Below are positions 14,802 through 33,431 of a stretch of DNA of 64,000 nt, piece after piece. The DNA is from Eledone cirrhosa (taxonomy: Eukaryota): assembly GCA_964016885.1 (NCBI GenBank), contig OZ024740.1, forward strand, positions 362,824,001 to 362,888,000, written 5' to 3'. The position numbers and the translations under genes are program-made. Below the pieces are notes generated by a model that saw nothing but the letters and a program-made list of their open reading frames with translations, made no database searches and had not been told where the DNA came from. Each line of letters opens with the position of its first letter. Position 1 is the first letter of the stretch.

Positions 14802-15838
14802 AAATTAAATAAATAAATAAAATTAAAATTAAAATTTTAAATTTAAAATTTAAATTTAAATTTAAATAAATAAATAAATAAATGGAGTCAAGTAAGTAAA
14901 TAAATAAAATTAGATAACATGAAATGAAATAAAATAAAATAAAATGAAATAAAGTAAATTGAGATAAGATATATATTTTTTTAGAATATATCTCTTGAAT
15001 ATATCAGGGGCCCACGAAGGCACTAAGTGTCACAGTTATGTGTATCACTTGACCATTTTTTTAAAATATATTTCTTGAAAACATCAGGGGCCCACGAAGG
15101 CACTAAGTGTCACAGTCACCAGTATCACTTGACCATTGCAAGGCAATGGAGGCGTCCCAGGTTGGGCAGTCTCAAAAGTTCACTCGAAAGTCATGGGTGT
15201 GCATTCACACAGTTGAGCGGTGGGGTAATCACAAACCGGTTCACACCCGGGCAGGAGTCCAATGGTCAGAGAGAGGTGCATCGAAGGAGGTATTCACGTG
15301 CATTAGCAAGCGAGGTGCAGGCGGGTTAAAGCAAGCAGACACAGTTGTAGCGCATACAAAAGATATATAAAAAGACAGAAGATATATAAAAAATAGCTTC
15401 AAGAGCCATTAAGTCACCGCATTGGGACATCACAAGATTGTACACATCAATATGTTCAGCACGTATATGCACACCACATGCACATGCAGAGACGGTATAC
15501 ATATATATATATATATTTTTTTTTATATATATACAGACACATACAACCACCTACACCCATACACATATAAATGTATACATGGACACACACGCACACACAC
15601 ACAGCGTAGGACACCCGGGTCAAAGCTGATATTAAACACCGAAATACCACATTAGACCAGACCCACCACCACAGGTAATACATTCAAAATAGATACATAC
15701 GATGAGATGTAGTAAAACAAAGTTGAAATCCTACGGAGATATTCATGTCCGCACGTGCCATTGACCGATTCGAGTGTACACAGACCGTTAGTAACTACGG
15801 AGGGCTATCGGGGCCAAAACGTTACTTTCGGGATCATG
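14050..15838 (-). mobile_element. Non-coding (TA)n-flanked element ending in an HHR
   Basis: Bounded by TA tracts; HHR ~40 nt from the minus-strand 3' end; internal duplications (14352-14416, 14985-15135); no recognisable ORF. Confidence 0.55.
14089..14134 (-). ncRNA. Type I hammerhead ribozyme (GUU site)
   Basis: Minus strand: tgct CTGATGA gtcc cact tat agtg c ggat GAAA caatg TT agca. Confidence 0.8.
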
Positions 15839-15966
15839 TATATATATATATTAATAAGAGGAATTCCAACTTTGTCTGATTTACTCGTTTTATTTACAAT
15901 CCTTTAAAATTTATAATGGTATTATAATGAAATAGTATGATAGAATATTAAATGTTAAGTGTTAAT

Positions 15967-16005
15967 TGAACAAGTATTTTCATGCTTTCGCAATCTTCAG
16001 GTTCA
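15967..16005 (-). ncRNA. Minimal type I hammerhead ribozyme
   Basis: Minus strand: tgaac CTGAAGA t tgc gaaa gca t GAAA atac TT gttca; GNRA-capped stem II, stem III one base away from the palindrome AGTACT. Confidence 0.65.
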
Positions 16006-16390
16006 TAATGTGTGGTGACAGTCAAGTTTGCAATTTTCAACTGTAATGAGATGGGTAAATTTTGTACCTTATATACAGTGAAAAGTGGCTCCAGAATGCT
16101 AAATCTTGAAAACTGTATTTCGACCAATCGGTGTGTAGTTTCACTGAATTACTAAAGCTGATTGGTTTAAGCGTCACGGTTGGTTGAGCATGTCTAACGA
16201 CCAATAATTGATCCTATCCAAAGCATCAATTGTTTTGCTATTTTTAGAAATGATGAAAATAGCATTTTCTAGTAATCGTCACCATCAACATCACTTTTAT
16301 TATTATTATTATTGTTGTTGTTGTTGTTAGTGGTCGTAGTCGACATGGTCGTGTTCATAGTCATAGTAGAAGTAATACCCCTAAGCGTTA

Positions 16391-16580
16391 TTGTGGATTG
16401 GCAGTATCAGTAGAGGGTCGGACGCCATGCTTTCCAGCATAGTTACGTCCCTTTATGATCTGAGTTCAAATCCCGCCGAGGTTGACTTTGCCTTTCATCC
16501 TTACGGGGTCGATAAAATAAAGTACCAGTAATGCACTGGGTAATTTGCTGGCCTTGTGCCTAAAGTAGAAACAATTATTG
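16391..16580 (+). mobile_element. tRNA-derived SINE, near full length
   Basis: A-box-like ttggcagtatcagt, B box gagttcaaatccc, att-rich tail; relatives at 6283 and 8860. Confidence 0.78.
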
Positions 16581-17002
16581 TTCATTTAGCTTGGCTTTGA
16601 ATTTACAATAAAATTCTTTTCTTTGATTTTTCTCTTGATTTCACTTGGGCGGTGTAATTTGTAGAATGGGAATATTATAAATATTCCCTGACCACATGTG
16701 GCTAGATGGTTACTTAGGGGTATCTGACGGACATTTGGGTCTCTGATTTGCTGACGGTGTACCCGTGCACGTTCCGATAGTGCATTTCCAGTTTGACCGA
16801 CATATAGTTCTTCACAATTCGGGCATTTAATGTTATACTTAACATTTAATATTCTATCATACTATTTCATTATAATACCATTATAAATTTTAAAGGATTG
16901 TAAATAAAACGAGTAACTCAGTCAAAGTTGGAATTCCTCTTATTAATATAATCTTCTATACACAATCATACACACCCGTGTATATTTATATATCTATATA
17001 TC

Positions 17003-17033
<31 letters not shown>

Positions 17034-17039
17034 GTAAAT

Positions 17040-18980
17040 ATGAATGGGTTGTATTACCCGTATAGAAAGCCGAATGATACGCTTAATTACATAAGTAAGC
17101 ATTCCAACCATCCTGCCAGCATAACCAAGAACCTGGTAAAAAACGTTTCATTGAGACTTTCCCGTCTTTCCACCAACGAGCGTATTTCAACGACCATTCC
17201 ACTTATTACAATGAAGCTCTTGCTCGAAGTGGATTTGTCGATAAAGTAGCTTATACAGAGTACGAAAATAGACCTAGAAGAAATAGATCCCGTCGCATTT
17301 GTTGGTTTAACCCACCATATAATATGGAGGTGGCCACACCATTAGCTAAGATCTTTCTTTCACTTATTACGAAGCATTTTCCCCCTACACATAAATATAG
17401 TAAAATTTTTAATAGAAATACTATTAAAATTTCTTACTCTACGACTCCTAACCTTGCACATAACATCACAGCTTCAAATTTAGCTAAACTACCTAGCCGT
17501 AGGAACACGTGCAACCCTGTAGTTAGTACTAACTGTAAATGTAGGAATCGGGCTGATTGCCCCCTATCCGGGAAATGCCTCTCTAGTAACATTGTCTACA
17601 AATGTAAGGTTGTAACACCCACGTCCCGTAGGGCCTACATATGGTTAACCGCCAATAGTTTCAAGCAGCGTCTTTACATGCATACCCATTCTTTTCGTTA
17701 CCCTCTAAGAAGGAATATGACGTCACTTTCAGCTTATATCTGGAGTCTAAAAGACAACCACACCCAATATAAGTTACACTGGGAGATCCTAGCTAGGGCT
17801 AGATCGTATAACGGAAATAAAAGACCATGTGACCTCTGCGCCGCTGAGGCCCTGGAAATACTCTACGCCACAGACCACATCTTAAACAAAAAATCTGAGA
17901 CAATTTCGGCTTGTAAACATAAATTGCACAAAACTTTCCTGTATTACAGCCCCACGTTATACCCTAACGGATAGCACGATCTATACGTGGATATTTTACG
18001 TCTTGATATGGGAGCTAAGTATATGTTTTGTTTATTCCTTTACTTATTTGCATAGGTAAGTATATATTACCCGTATGTTTTGTGAAGGTATGTATACCTT
18101 CTCGTACGTATATTTGACTGTTATGGCGTATAATTTTTACATATTCTGGCATTTAGGGTTTGGCTATGTGTATACGGGAGTTTTGCGTCTGCGTGAGTAT
18201 GCAGGTTCGTACGTATGGTGGGTGTGTGTATATGAGTACTTCTTGTTTTAGTTGACTTACGTCTCCGAACATTCGTGTATTTATTTGTAGGTATGTGTGC
18301 GCGCTTGTTATATACGTATTTATTTACTTATATACGTTTATATAATTATTTATTTATTTGTACACAAGCATACACACACACACATATTTATATGTGCGTG
18401 GTTTTGTATACCTATGGTAAGGTTTTGCGTATGCTTGTGTATGTACGTATCTGTTTGCGTGTATGTATGTATTTATTTGTTTCTATTACTTCTGTATTGT
18501 ATTTATTTACTTTGTTCTTAACCCTGTAGCGGAGATTCATTTGGTCTCCTAGTTAGAATTTTAGTCTACAACTTCTGCTATACCATTTACGTGGTTTTGT
18601 CTTTGCGTGCTATTGTTCTCCACGCTCCACATATGACTTATTATCTTTGTTTTTTCGTTCATTGCCAGAGAACGTCTCTATGCACCACCTAAGAGAACAT
18701 TAGTCTACGACCTCTTTTATACCATAAACGTGGTTCTGTCTTTGCGCGTAATTGTTTTTTACCGCTCCTATTAATGACGTATTATTCGTTTTTTCCCGTT
18801 CTTTGCCAGCGAACGTTACCTCGAACCAAAGTATCGTCTTCCTGTCTTCCTCCGGTTGCAACGTTTTTTGAAATATCCAGTTCTGCGTTTACAGATTGAC
18901 TTTGTTAGTTTCAGAAGATCCCGTTAAGGGTGAAAGCAGCGATTCTTTGCTTAAACTTTAATCTGTTATTTTAATAAATA
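17040..18980 (+). mobile_element. Naiad-type PLE, 5'-truncated copy (RT thumb, GIY-YIG endonuclease, 3' UTR, HHR)
   Basis: Near-identical to 54411-56345; WFNPPY, CKCRNRADCPLSGKC, NIVYKC, CDLCAAE, LNKKSE; frameshift near 17185; TA tracts both sides. Confidence 0.9.
18907..18957 (+). ncRNA. Variant hammerhead ribozyme (CAGAAGA core) in Naiad terminal repeat
   Basis: agttt CAGAAGA t ccc gttaa ggg t GAAA gca gcgattctt tgc TT aaact; same sequence at 51164-51214 (-) and 56272-56322 (+). Confidence 0.62.
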
Positions 18981-19284
18981 TATATATAAAGATCTCCGAA
19001 CACAAGGCAGGACCTGATCCGCAGATCACAATCCACACAAAACCTATTCCAAAACCGTAGACCCTGCCCACACAGAGCCTGTTCCAAAACCGTAGATCCC
19101 AACCCACACAAAGGAACAAAATCTACAACCCGGACTATCAACAAACCGAACCTCAATACGTCCGAAACTTCTATACAAGACCACACAACAACAGGGGAAA
19201 TACCATTAGATATAATAATACCATTGAAAAAACATTCCAGAAAAATCATTTTTTAGACCAAGGCTACAGGACTCACGACACTCG

Positions 19285-21561
19285 GTGGCACAAACCGATT
19301 TTGAAAAACCGAAAATAATTAACCTTTCAAATACAAACCTCTCCACCCAACAAGTAAAAATTCTCTCCAAAGGACTGAAATTCACACCAACACCACAATA
19401 CTCTAACCCCAATGAGATAAATGACGATATCTCACACTTCTGTAGAAAATTACGTTTCACAGAGGAATTCTTTGACAAGGAGAATAACGACGAATCAATT
19501 GTACGGAATAAAAGCAGCTACAATCCAACAAAAGGTAGAAACAGAGTTCTGGACAAATTTTGTGACCACATAGCTACCTTCCCATACCATGAACTACCGC
19601 AACCTAAACCCAAACCCAACACGAGTCGAAGGGAATGGGAGATTATCCATGAACTAAAAAACAATACGGACATTATAATTAAGGAAGCGGACAAGGGAAG
19701 TACTGTTGTCATTATGGAGGCTGAAAAATATAAAAATTCTATGTTCTCTCTCTTACAAAATACTAATTACTATGAAAGAGTAAACAACTACCAGCAATCA
19801 AAAATAATGACCAAATTAAACACACTGATTTATCGATACCAGGAAGACCTAACTAAAAAGGAACGCGATTATTTAACAAATTTTGAATACAAAACCAGCA
19901 ACCTTTACGGACTTCCGAAGATCCACAAGTGTAAAATAAACAACGATGCCTGTAAACAATCCACCTCAGCCTGCGTGAACACACAATACCCCACAGACCT
20001 TAAATTAAGACCAATTGTAGCGGGCCCACAATGTGAAACACACAGACTGAGCAACTTTATAGACATACTACTGAAACCAATACTGAAACACATACCAAGC
20101 CTTGTAAGAGACGATCTGGACCTCTTAAACCACCTCCCCAAACATGTCAACAACGACACTATTATTGTGTCTTTCGATGTAGTGAATCTCTACACAACGA
20201 TCCCACACCAATACGGACTAGAAGCAATAGGATTCTGGCTAGAGAAATATCCCAATGAGATACCTGACAGAATAGAAAAAAGCTTCATCATCGAGGGATT
20301 AAAATTCATCTTACAGAACAACTTTTTTGATTTCGATGGAAATACTTACAAGCAAATATCGGGGACTGCGATGGGTACAATAGCCGCTCCAACTTATGCC
20401 AACTTAGTCATGGCATACTTAGAAGACCAGATATATGAACAGTCCAAATCAAAATACGGATTGAACTTCCACAAATATTTATCAGAGAATTGGAAACGCT
20501 ACTTGGATGATTGCCTCATTCTTTGGTCCCACACACTCGACCAACTGAAGGATTTCAAAAACTTAATAAACGGCATCAATAACCACATCCAATTCACAAT
20601 GGAATACAGCCAAGATCAACTCCCATTTCTGGACATCTTAATCTTAAAAAAAGACACAAATATCGAAACTGACATACACTACAAACCAACAGATTCAAAA
20701 CAATATCTGCTATTCACCTCCACCCATCCAAAGCACACGAAGACGAACATTCCTTTTAACCTAGCAAGAAGAATTTGCACAATTGTCTCCAATTATGAAA
20801 TGCGAAATAAAAGACTTCAAAAGACTTCAAGAATTAAAGGAAATTCTACTCGAGAGAGAGTACCCACTATTACTAATAAATAATGGAATAGAAAGGGCTA
20901 AAGCAATAGGCATTGATGAATTACGGAAACAGAAACAAATTCAAGGTACGTCCAATATTCTATCATATATCTCAACACACAACCCAAGAAATGCGGAAGC
21001 TTACAACACTATTCACAAGAACATCCCACTACTAAAACAAAACCCACGAATGAAAAAAGCCCTTGAAACACAAAATAATCAAAAGCAAAAGACAACCAAA
21101 ATCACTGAAAACATTACTCACCAATGCCAAATTACCTACCACAATCCCACAACCAAGTATAAAAAAATGTGGTCGCTCTAATTGTGGAACCTGCACTCAC
21201 CTCATTGAAGGCAACACGTATACATTCAAATCAGGACAAAATGTTACTGTAAAAAATCACTTCACTTGCTCATCAAAAAATCTAGTTTATTCCATTAAAT
21301 GTAAAGGATGCAATGAAGATTATATAGGACAAACTAAACACATTCAGAAACAGAATGACAGTTCATCACCAACAATTACGAGATCCAACCACGAGACAGA
21401 TACCACTAAGTGCAGATCTAGACATTTGCGCAAGTAATAAGACACCCAAATTCCAAGTCTTCCCATTTTACCTTTGCGCTAACAATACAACAGTACAAAT
21501 ACGAATAAATAATGAAAATATGTTTATTCAAAAATATAGACCAGCATTAAATATGGTTTAA
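19285..21561 (+). pseudogene. PLE reverse transcriptase + GIY-YIG endonuclease, three frameshifts
   Basis: IINLS..LSKGLKF, ADKG, YGLPKIHK, LRPIV, SFDVVNLYT, GTAMG, RYLDD, LPFLD; Cys linker KCGRSNCGTC; NLVY..C..C..YIGQT. Frameshifts at the 10-bp duplication aagacttcaa (~20811-20830), ~21070 and ~21335. Confidence 0.92.
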
Positions 21562-21747
21562 TATACATTATGTCAACACCATAATATGACATACACACAC
21601 ACACATAACACCTTCTACTTTAGAAAATAAAAACCCGAACTAAATAAACCTTAACATACGTTTGCACTGACAATACAACAGAACAAATACGAATAAGTAA
21701 GGAAAATATGTTCATTCAAAAATATTCCTACTAAAGGAATCATTTTC

Positions 21748-21782
<35 letters not shown>

Positions 21783-22048
21783 ATATATATATATATGTAT
21801 TCTCTTCATCTTAACATGCAAACCATACTCCCACACACATAACATCCATACACACACACATAACAACCCCCACACCCACAACTCCCTCCCCCATTTCTAC
21901 TAATAGAACCACTTTCCTACACACATATATACACACACACAAAATATATATTCTCTCCATCTTAACATACTCGCACACGCACACATAACACCCATATACA
22001 CACACACACAACTCCCTCCCCCATTTCTACTAATAGAATCATCTTCCA

Positions 22049-22090
<42 letters not shown>

Positions 22091-22940
22091 GCACACAAAT
22101 AAACATACATATCTTTACTTCAATAGAAAATCTGAACTCTGACACCCCAGCGAACTAACCATATTCACTGAACCAGAACAATTCTCCCAATCACATTTCT
22201 CTTGACCACTATCTTTCCCTTGTCATAACATTCTCTATAAAGGCTACAGAATAGATTTCCAAATAAGGGCGCAAAAATGTAATGAAAACTTGTTCACGTG
22301 ACAGCCAAATTTCATTTATAACCAATCAAATCACGTTTATTAAAAAAAGCCTTCGTGAGCCACCTTTTTTTTAAGTAAAGAAATTCAATCACACACAACA
22401 CACACACACACACACGCACACACACACAAGCACACAAATAAACATACATATCTTTACTTTCTTTATTCAATAGAAAATCTGAATTCTGACACCCCAGCGA
22501 ACTAACCATATTCACTGAACCAGAACAATTCTCCCATCCCTTTCTCTTGACCATTATCTTTCACTTATCATAAAATTCTCTAAAAAGGCTACAGAATAGA
22601 TTTCCAAATAAGGGCACGAAAATTTAATGAAAACTTGTTCACGTGACAGTCATAATTTCATTTATAACCAACCAAAAAAAAAGCCTTCGTGAGCCCCTTT
22701 TTTCAAGTAAAAAGAAATTCAAACACTCATATATGAAAAAACAACCTGTGACAACCCCCCCTCTTATTTGAAGAATTATTGTAACGGGAACTGGCGCGAA
22801 ATTTATTATAATTATTGACAAACCAATCAAATTACTTCTCGAAAAACCTGGCATTTCGAGCCACTTTTTCCATATAAAACAAGTAACATTCAGAGACCAA
22901 CCAGATGTGAGAAAAACCACAGACCCTCCATCTTAACTCA

Positions 22941-22978
22941 CCTTTTGAAAAGCAGAAGAACTGCGAAACCGGTAAAGG
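22941..22978 (+). ncRNA. Minimal hammerhead ribozyme with U3-A8 covariant core (GUA site)
   Basis: cctt TTGAAAA gcag aagaa ctgc GAAA ccgg TA aagg; further copies at ~28009-28046, 41750-41787, 45334-45371, 45831-45868 (-), 45897-45934. Confidence 0.78.
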
Positions 22979-23109
22979 AACCAAATGAATATATATATAT
23001 TTAAAAAAAATAAGACTCCAGTTGCATTTTCGATTTCATCTCTTTTTCTTTATACTTTCACTCGTGTAGGACACCTCGGTTATTTTTCATTTTGTAAAAA
23101 AAACCTCAC

Positions 23110-23820
<711 letters not shown>

Positions 23821-26800
23821 AGGCTCGGCAACTTGTTGGTATAAGACGTGAATTGTCGTATCTCCAGATTTGAAGGAGACAACACACACACGTGCTTTCT
23901 ATTTTTCTTGACTATCATACAGAGCATACGTAATCTAATTTTAGTTTAACTTAAACAGATCTTGTATTATTTTGATTACATAATTTAACATAATATAATC
24001 TTGTTTAATTTGGTATAATCTTATTTGTTTTTGACTCGGTTTGTTGTTTCTTGTTTGATATGTTGATATTACAATAACTTCGTATATTTGTAAACAAACA
24101 TTTAGATTCAAATTATATACAACTTACATCGTGTTTCTATATCTCTATGATTCCGGTTTCTTCCATTCATTAATTTAATTTAAAATTTATTTTTATATTT
24201 ATGAACTGCTATTGCTCACGCTGTCTCTATCTCTCTCCTTCCTTCCTCTCTCTCTCTCTCCCTCTCTCTCTAGATCAACGAGCTCTCTCTCTCCCTCTCC
24301 CTCTCTCTCTCTCTAGATCAACGAGCTCTCTCTCTCCCTCTCTTTCTCTCTCTATCTCCTCTCTCTCCCTCTGACCTCCCTCCCCACTCTTCCCGCTATC
24401 TCTCTCGCTTCCCGCTCCTGTCTCTCTCCCCCTTTTCTTTTCTTTTCTTCTGTTTCTCTTTCTTTTTCTCGCTGGAGTTATATTTATCTCACTGGAGTAA
24501 TATCTCTATCTCCCTCCCTCCCTCTGTCCCTCTCTAACCTCTATCCTACACTTCCCACTGTCTCTCTTTCTCTCCTCCACAGTGAAATGGACTGCATGCA
24601 GGAAAAAGGTGAAATTAGGAGTCAACGAAACTGGTCAAAGATAGAACTAGCGGTTTTGATCAAGGGGTGGACCATGGCTGATGGGTCTCCACCAAGCAAA
24701 AAGATGGCGGAGAACCTGAAGAGCCATGGGTTTCTGAGGACCCTGGCACAGATAGAGAGAAAGAGAAAAGAAATTGAGAAGGCGTATGTCCTCATAGCGC
24801 CACATATGGCGATGCTAAGCCGTGTCCTCAGGGAGGAGAAAACCGAAGAGAGGGATGAGGAGAAAGAGAGGGAAAAGGAAGAGGAAAAAGAAAGGGAGGA
24901 GAGCACAAGCACGGACCTGAAAGAAAATGATATACCCTCCGCCACAGGCAGGGAGGGCAGGCCGGGCAACCAACAAGCAAAGGGCAAAGGTGAAAAGCGA
25001 AATCACCTTCCGAAGGAGAACCAAGCGCAGAGGGACCAGTGGACAACTGTTCAAAGGAAGAACAGAAAGCACCAAGACACTGGGAGCAAAAAAACCCAAG
25101 TAATGTGCAACTTTTTCTAGAACGGGACATGCTGGCATGGAGAGACAAGGATGGGATGCAGATTCGCCCACCCTAGGTCTCAAACGAACTATGCCCATCA
25201 TACTCGCGCAACATGCCCCAGCCAAAGCCGAAATGAGCCGCTCCAGAAGTATGCTGATGTCGCGCGTGCCGCACCAACAAGGAGAAGGCACGCACATGCC
25301 GACGAGATACAGATGGCAGCAGCAGATCAGAAAATTTTTTTAGTGATGGCAGAGAAGATTGTGGGACAGCTGACCTGGCTGCATCTTCTCCAGAGCCAGA
25401 GTCATCCACACCAGCACTCGAGACCACCACAGCTAAGGGACCCAGAGTGGCCGCCGCTGACACCAGACCAGGTGTCATACCGACAGCCATTACTGGCACC
25501 CCAAAAGTCACACCAGTGCTGCTGCTGAATGTGAGAGGCCTGGTGAAACTCAGTAACATGAGTAAAATTTCCTACCTGGGAGACTTAGCCATAAGCAATC
25601 AAGCACTATGCATGGCACTAACCTAAACGCACCTGACAAGCAGTATAGCAGATGCAGAAATATATATACCGAAATATACTGTATTTCGTTCGGACAGGAA
25701 GGAGAGAACTTATGGTGGGGTTGCTCTGTATATCCGTGAAGATGTCACACCAATTGTACTGTTGACACATTCAAAGTCAGTCTGTGACACACTGATAATA
25801 CATATGAAGCAACTACAGACAGTAATATGTGTCACATATCGGCCGCCCGATGCCCCCAGTCATGAGGGTAAATTTGAGGATAGCCTAAGTAGGATAGAAG
25901 AGGTCCTTGATAAACTGGACCAGGGTCTCAACATCCTACTGCTGGGAGACTTCAACCTACCAAAGGTCAAATGGCCTGAGGGCCACCTCCTCCCTGGAAT
26001 GACGTCAATAGAACAGAGACAGACGGAATCCCTGCTGGCCCTCACACACAGGCTGTTCATGGAGCAAGCAATACTCCTCCCAACAAGAAGCGAAAATGTC
26101 CTGGACCTCTGTTTTACAAACAACGAAGTGCTCATCCACAATGTAAAGGTGACACCAACAATTCTCTCGGATCATAACTTAGTAGAGCTAATGATATGTG
26201 GTCCAAGAGAACCAACAGAGACAAAACCACCAAGAAGCTCCGGGACGCTATCCGGCCTTAACTTCTACAAGGCTAACTGGAAAAAGATTAAGAGTGAAAT
26301 CCGGAAGCAAACATGGAGTGAAAACACCGCCACACAAGACACTAACACACAATTTCAACACTTCATGACAACGATACACACTATATGCAAAAAGTTTGTC
26401 CCGGAGAAAAAGGCAAACAGACACAAAAATGTTATTCCCAGAGATAGGAAAATCCTTATGAGACGTAGAACTAAACTCTCAAACCAGTTGAATAGTCAAC
26501 AAAACAAAAACAAGAAGGAATCCTATTTGAAACGTGCACTACTTGACACCGAGATTGCACTCAAACTTTCACATGAGAATGAAAGGGCAAAGAAAGAGAA
26601 CAGGGCCATAGAAAACATAAAAAAAAACCCTAAGGCCTTCTTTAAATTTGCAAAAGAAACTACCTCAGTACACTGCAAGATTGGACAATTCTTCCACACG
26701 GACGGTTCATTAACAAAAAACCCTCAAGAGATATGTGAAATACTGAACGAACAGTACAAAAGTGTGTTCACATGTCCACTGAGGCACATACAAATAACGA

Positions 26801-27235
26801 AGCCAGAGGAGTTCTTTGATGCCACAACACTACATCAAGAAATGGCAACCATCAACCACATAGACATAACGGAGGGGGATGTGGTGTACGCCATTGATGA
26901 AATTAGAACAGACTCGGCTGCTGGACCTGATGGATTCCCAGCAGTTCTCTTAAAAATATGTAAGCGGGCCTTAGCAACTCCACTGAAGATGCTCTTCACA
27001 AGCTCCTTGGCTAGCGGTGTACTACCCAGGGAGCAGAAAGAAGGCACAATATGCCCTATCCCTAAAGAAGTTAGTAGAGCGGAGGCCAAGAACTATAGGC
27101 CAGTCTCCCTGACGTCGCATATCAGTAAGGTCATGGAGCGAGTCGTCAGAAAGAAACTAGTCACTTTCCTCGAGGAAAATGACCGCCTGACTAGCAAACA
27201 ACATGGCTTCCGCCCAGGAAGAAGCTGCCTTACAC
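23821..27235 (+). mobile_element. CR1-group LINE copy 2, 3' end lost
   Basis: Highly similar to copy 1; ORF1 24587-25528 with one TAG (25118-25120); ORF2 has TAA at ~25624 and ends after GRSCLT at the mini-PLE junction. Confidence 0.92.
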
Positions 27236-27945
27236 TTTTTAAAAATAAATTAAAAAATATAATATAAATATTTACCTCTTCTAATGGCCCTTACTGATCA
27301 GTTTCGCTTTGTAAAACACCAGAAATCCAATGGATATCTAATGGAAAACCGAAGTTCATCAGAGAAGCATTTTCCTTTCCATTAGAAGAGGTAAATATTT
27401 ATATTATATTTTTTAATTTATTTTTAAAAAATTGGTTAAATTTTGCTTGTTCTGCTATTATTAATATTATAGTTCTGGTATGTCAAATTAATACCATTAA
27501 ACAACCTTGAATCATAGACAACCTATGTATTTCTAGCGGTACTTAGTACCCTTGGACATATTAACTTCATTTATTAACCTCCGTTATGTAGAGAACAAAT
27601 CCGTTGTTCTATTTAGCTGCTATTTTTTTAGTAGTAATATAGACAACACGTCTATGGTTTCCCGCTTTTACTTCAGACCGGTTCACATACGGGTCACTTT
27701 CACGACCTTATCAGACCCGTGTTAGCTGGCAGAAGGCGATATATTTTATCGTTCCTGGGTCTTTATCCCTAGGAAAGGAAAATGCTTCTCTGATGAACTT
27801 TGGTTTTCCATTAGATATCCATTGGATTTCTAGTGTTTTACAAAGCGAAACTGATCAGTAAGGGCCATTAGAAGAGGTAAATATTTATATTATATTTTCT
27901 AATTTATTTTTAAAAAATTGGTTAAATTTTGCTTGTTCTGCTTAT
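27236..27945 (+). mobile_element. Mini PLE/retrozyme-like element: ~487 bp unit with terminal direct repeat plus inverted 5' copy
   Basis: 27379-27455 repeats directly at 27865-27941; 27236-27376 is the reverse complement of ~27776-27917; no ORF. Confidence 0.78.
27786..27864 (+). ncRNA. Type I hammerhead ribozyme, long stem II, palindromic stem III (GUA site)
   Basis: ttct CTGATGA a ctttg..caaag c GAAA ctgatcag TA aggg; inverted copy at 27288-27366 (-). Confidence 0.75.
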
Positions 27946-27979
27946 CTTAATATATATATTTTGGATTTTATATATATTT

Positions 27980-28095
27980 AAAAACCACAGACCTTCCATC
28001 TCAACTCTAATTTTGAAAAGCAGAAGAACTGCGAAACCGGTAAAGGAACCAAATAAATATATATATTTAAAAAAAAAATAAGACTCCAGTTGCAT
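27980..28095 (+). mobile_element. Solo Neptune terminal-repeat fragment with HHR
   Basis: Matches 22912-23026. Confidence 0.8.
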
Positions 28096-32643
<4,548 letters not shown>

Positions 32644-32650
32644 GTATATA

Positions 32651-32711
<61 letters not shown>

Positions 32712-32714
<3 letters not shown>

Positions 32715-33397
32715 AGGATTTAAATGGATACAGTTTAGTTAAAAGGAATTTATTGACAGGTGTTTCAATAACAGTTACATAACCTGAAATCAGCTGCTAC
32801 CTACAAAGTATTAGTTATGCAGACATTCAATATTTCAATGTTATTATCATCTGTCCTTTCATCAGAATAATTTTACTGAGGACCTGTTTGGTTTTTATAG
32901 AGAATATTAGGAGGGAGGGGTGAAGTTGTTAGAAGAATAGTTGAGGGAGTGGTTTTTTGATAGCAGTGAGAATTTTTGGTGGCAGTGAGTAATTAGATTC
33001 CTATTTGTTGTTTTGACATTTTTATAGAATATATTATTGGTTATTTTTCTAAATCTATAGAAGGATTAGAGATAGTATAGATATGCATGGTTGGTTTTGT
33101 GTTTGCACTTAATTAACATTCAGACTTAAATTTTTCTTTCAAGTGTACGTATCCTTTCGCCCACGCATTCACACACAAACATATATGCACACCTCTACAA
33201 AATACATATACTCACATACACATACTTACATGCTCATACTTACATCCATATACACATGCAGATATATATATATATACATATATATACATATATACATGTA
33301 CGTACATACGCATTCATGTGTATACATTTTCATACTCAACTTAACTTTATATACACACGTATAGACACACACATATATACATACATACTCCAGTCTA

Positions 33398-33431
<34 letters not shown>

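Larger units (their letters stand above)
15848..16950. mobile_element. PLE-type non-coding element with ~110 bp terminal inverted repeats, interrupted by a SINE
   Basis: 15848-15960 is the reverse complement of 16837-16950; HHR just inside the left arm. Confidence 0.72.
18990..23115 (+). mobile_element. Neptune-type PLE with long duplicated 3' UTR and terminal HHR
   Basis: ORF below; internal duplications (e.g. ~22090-22390 vs ~22425-22720); HHR at 22941; ends in (TA)n. Confidence 0.88.
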
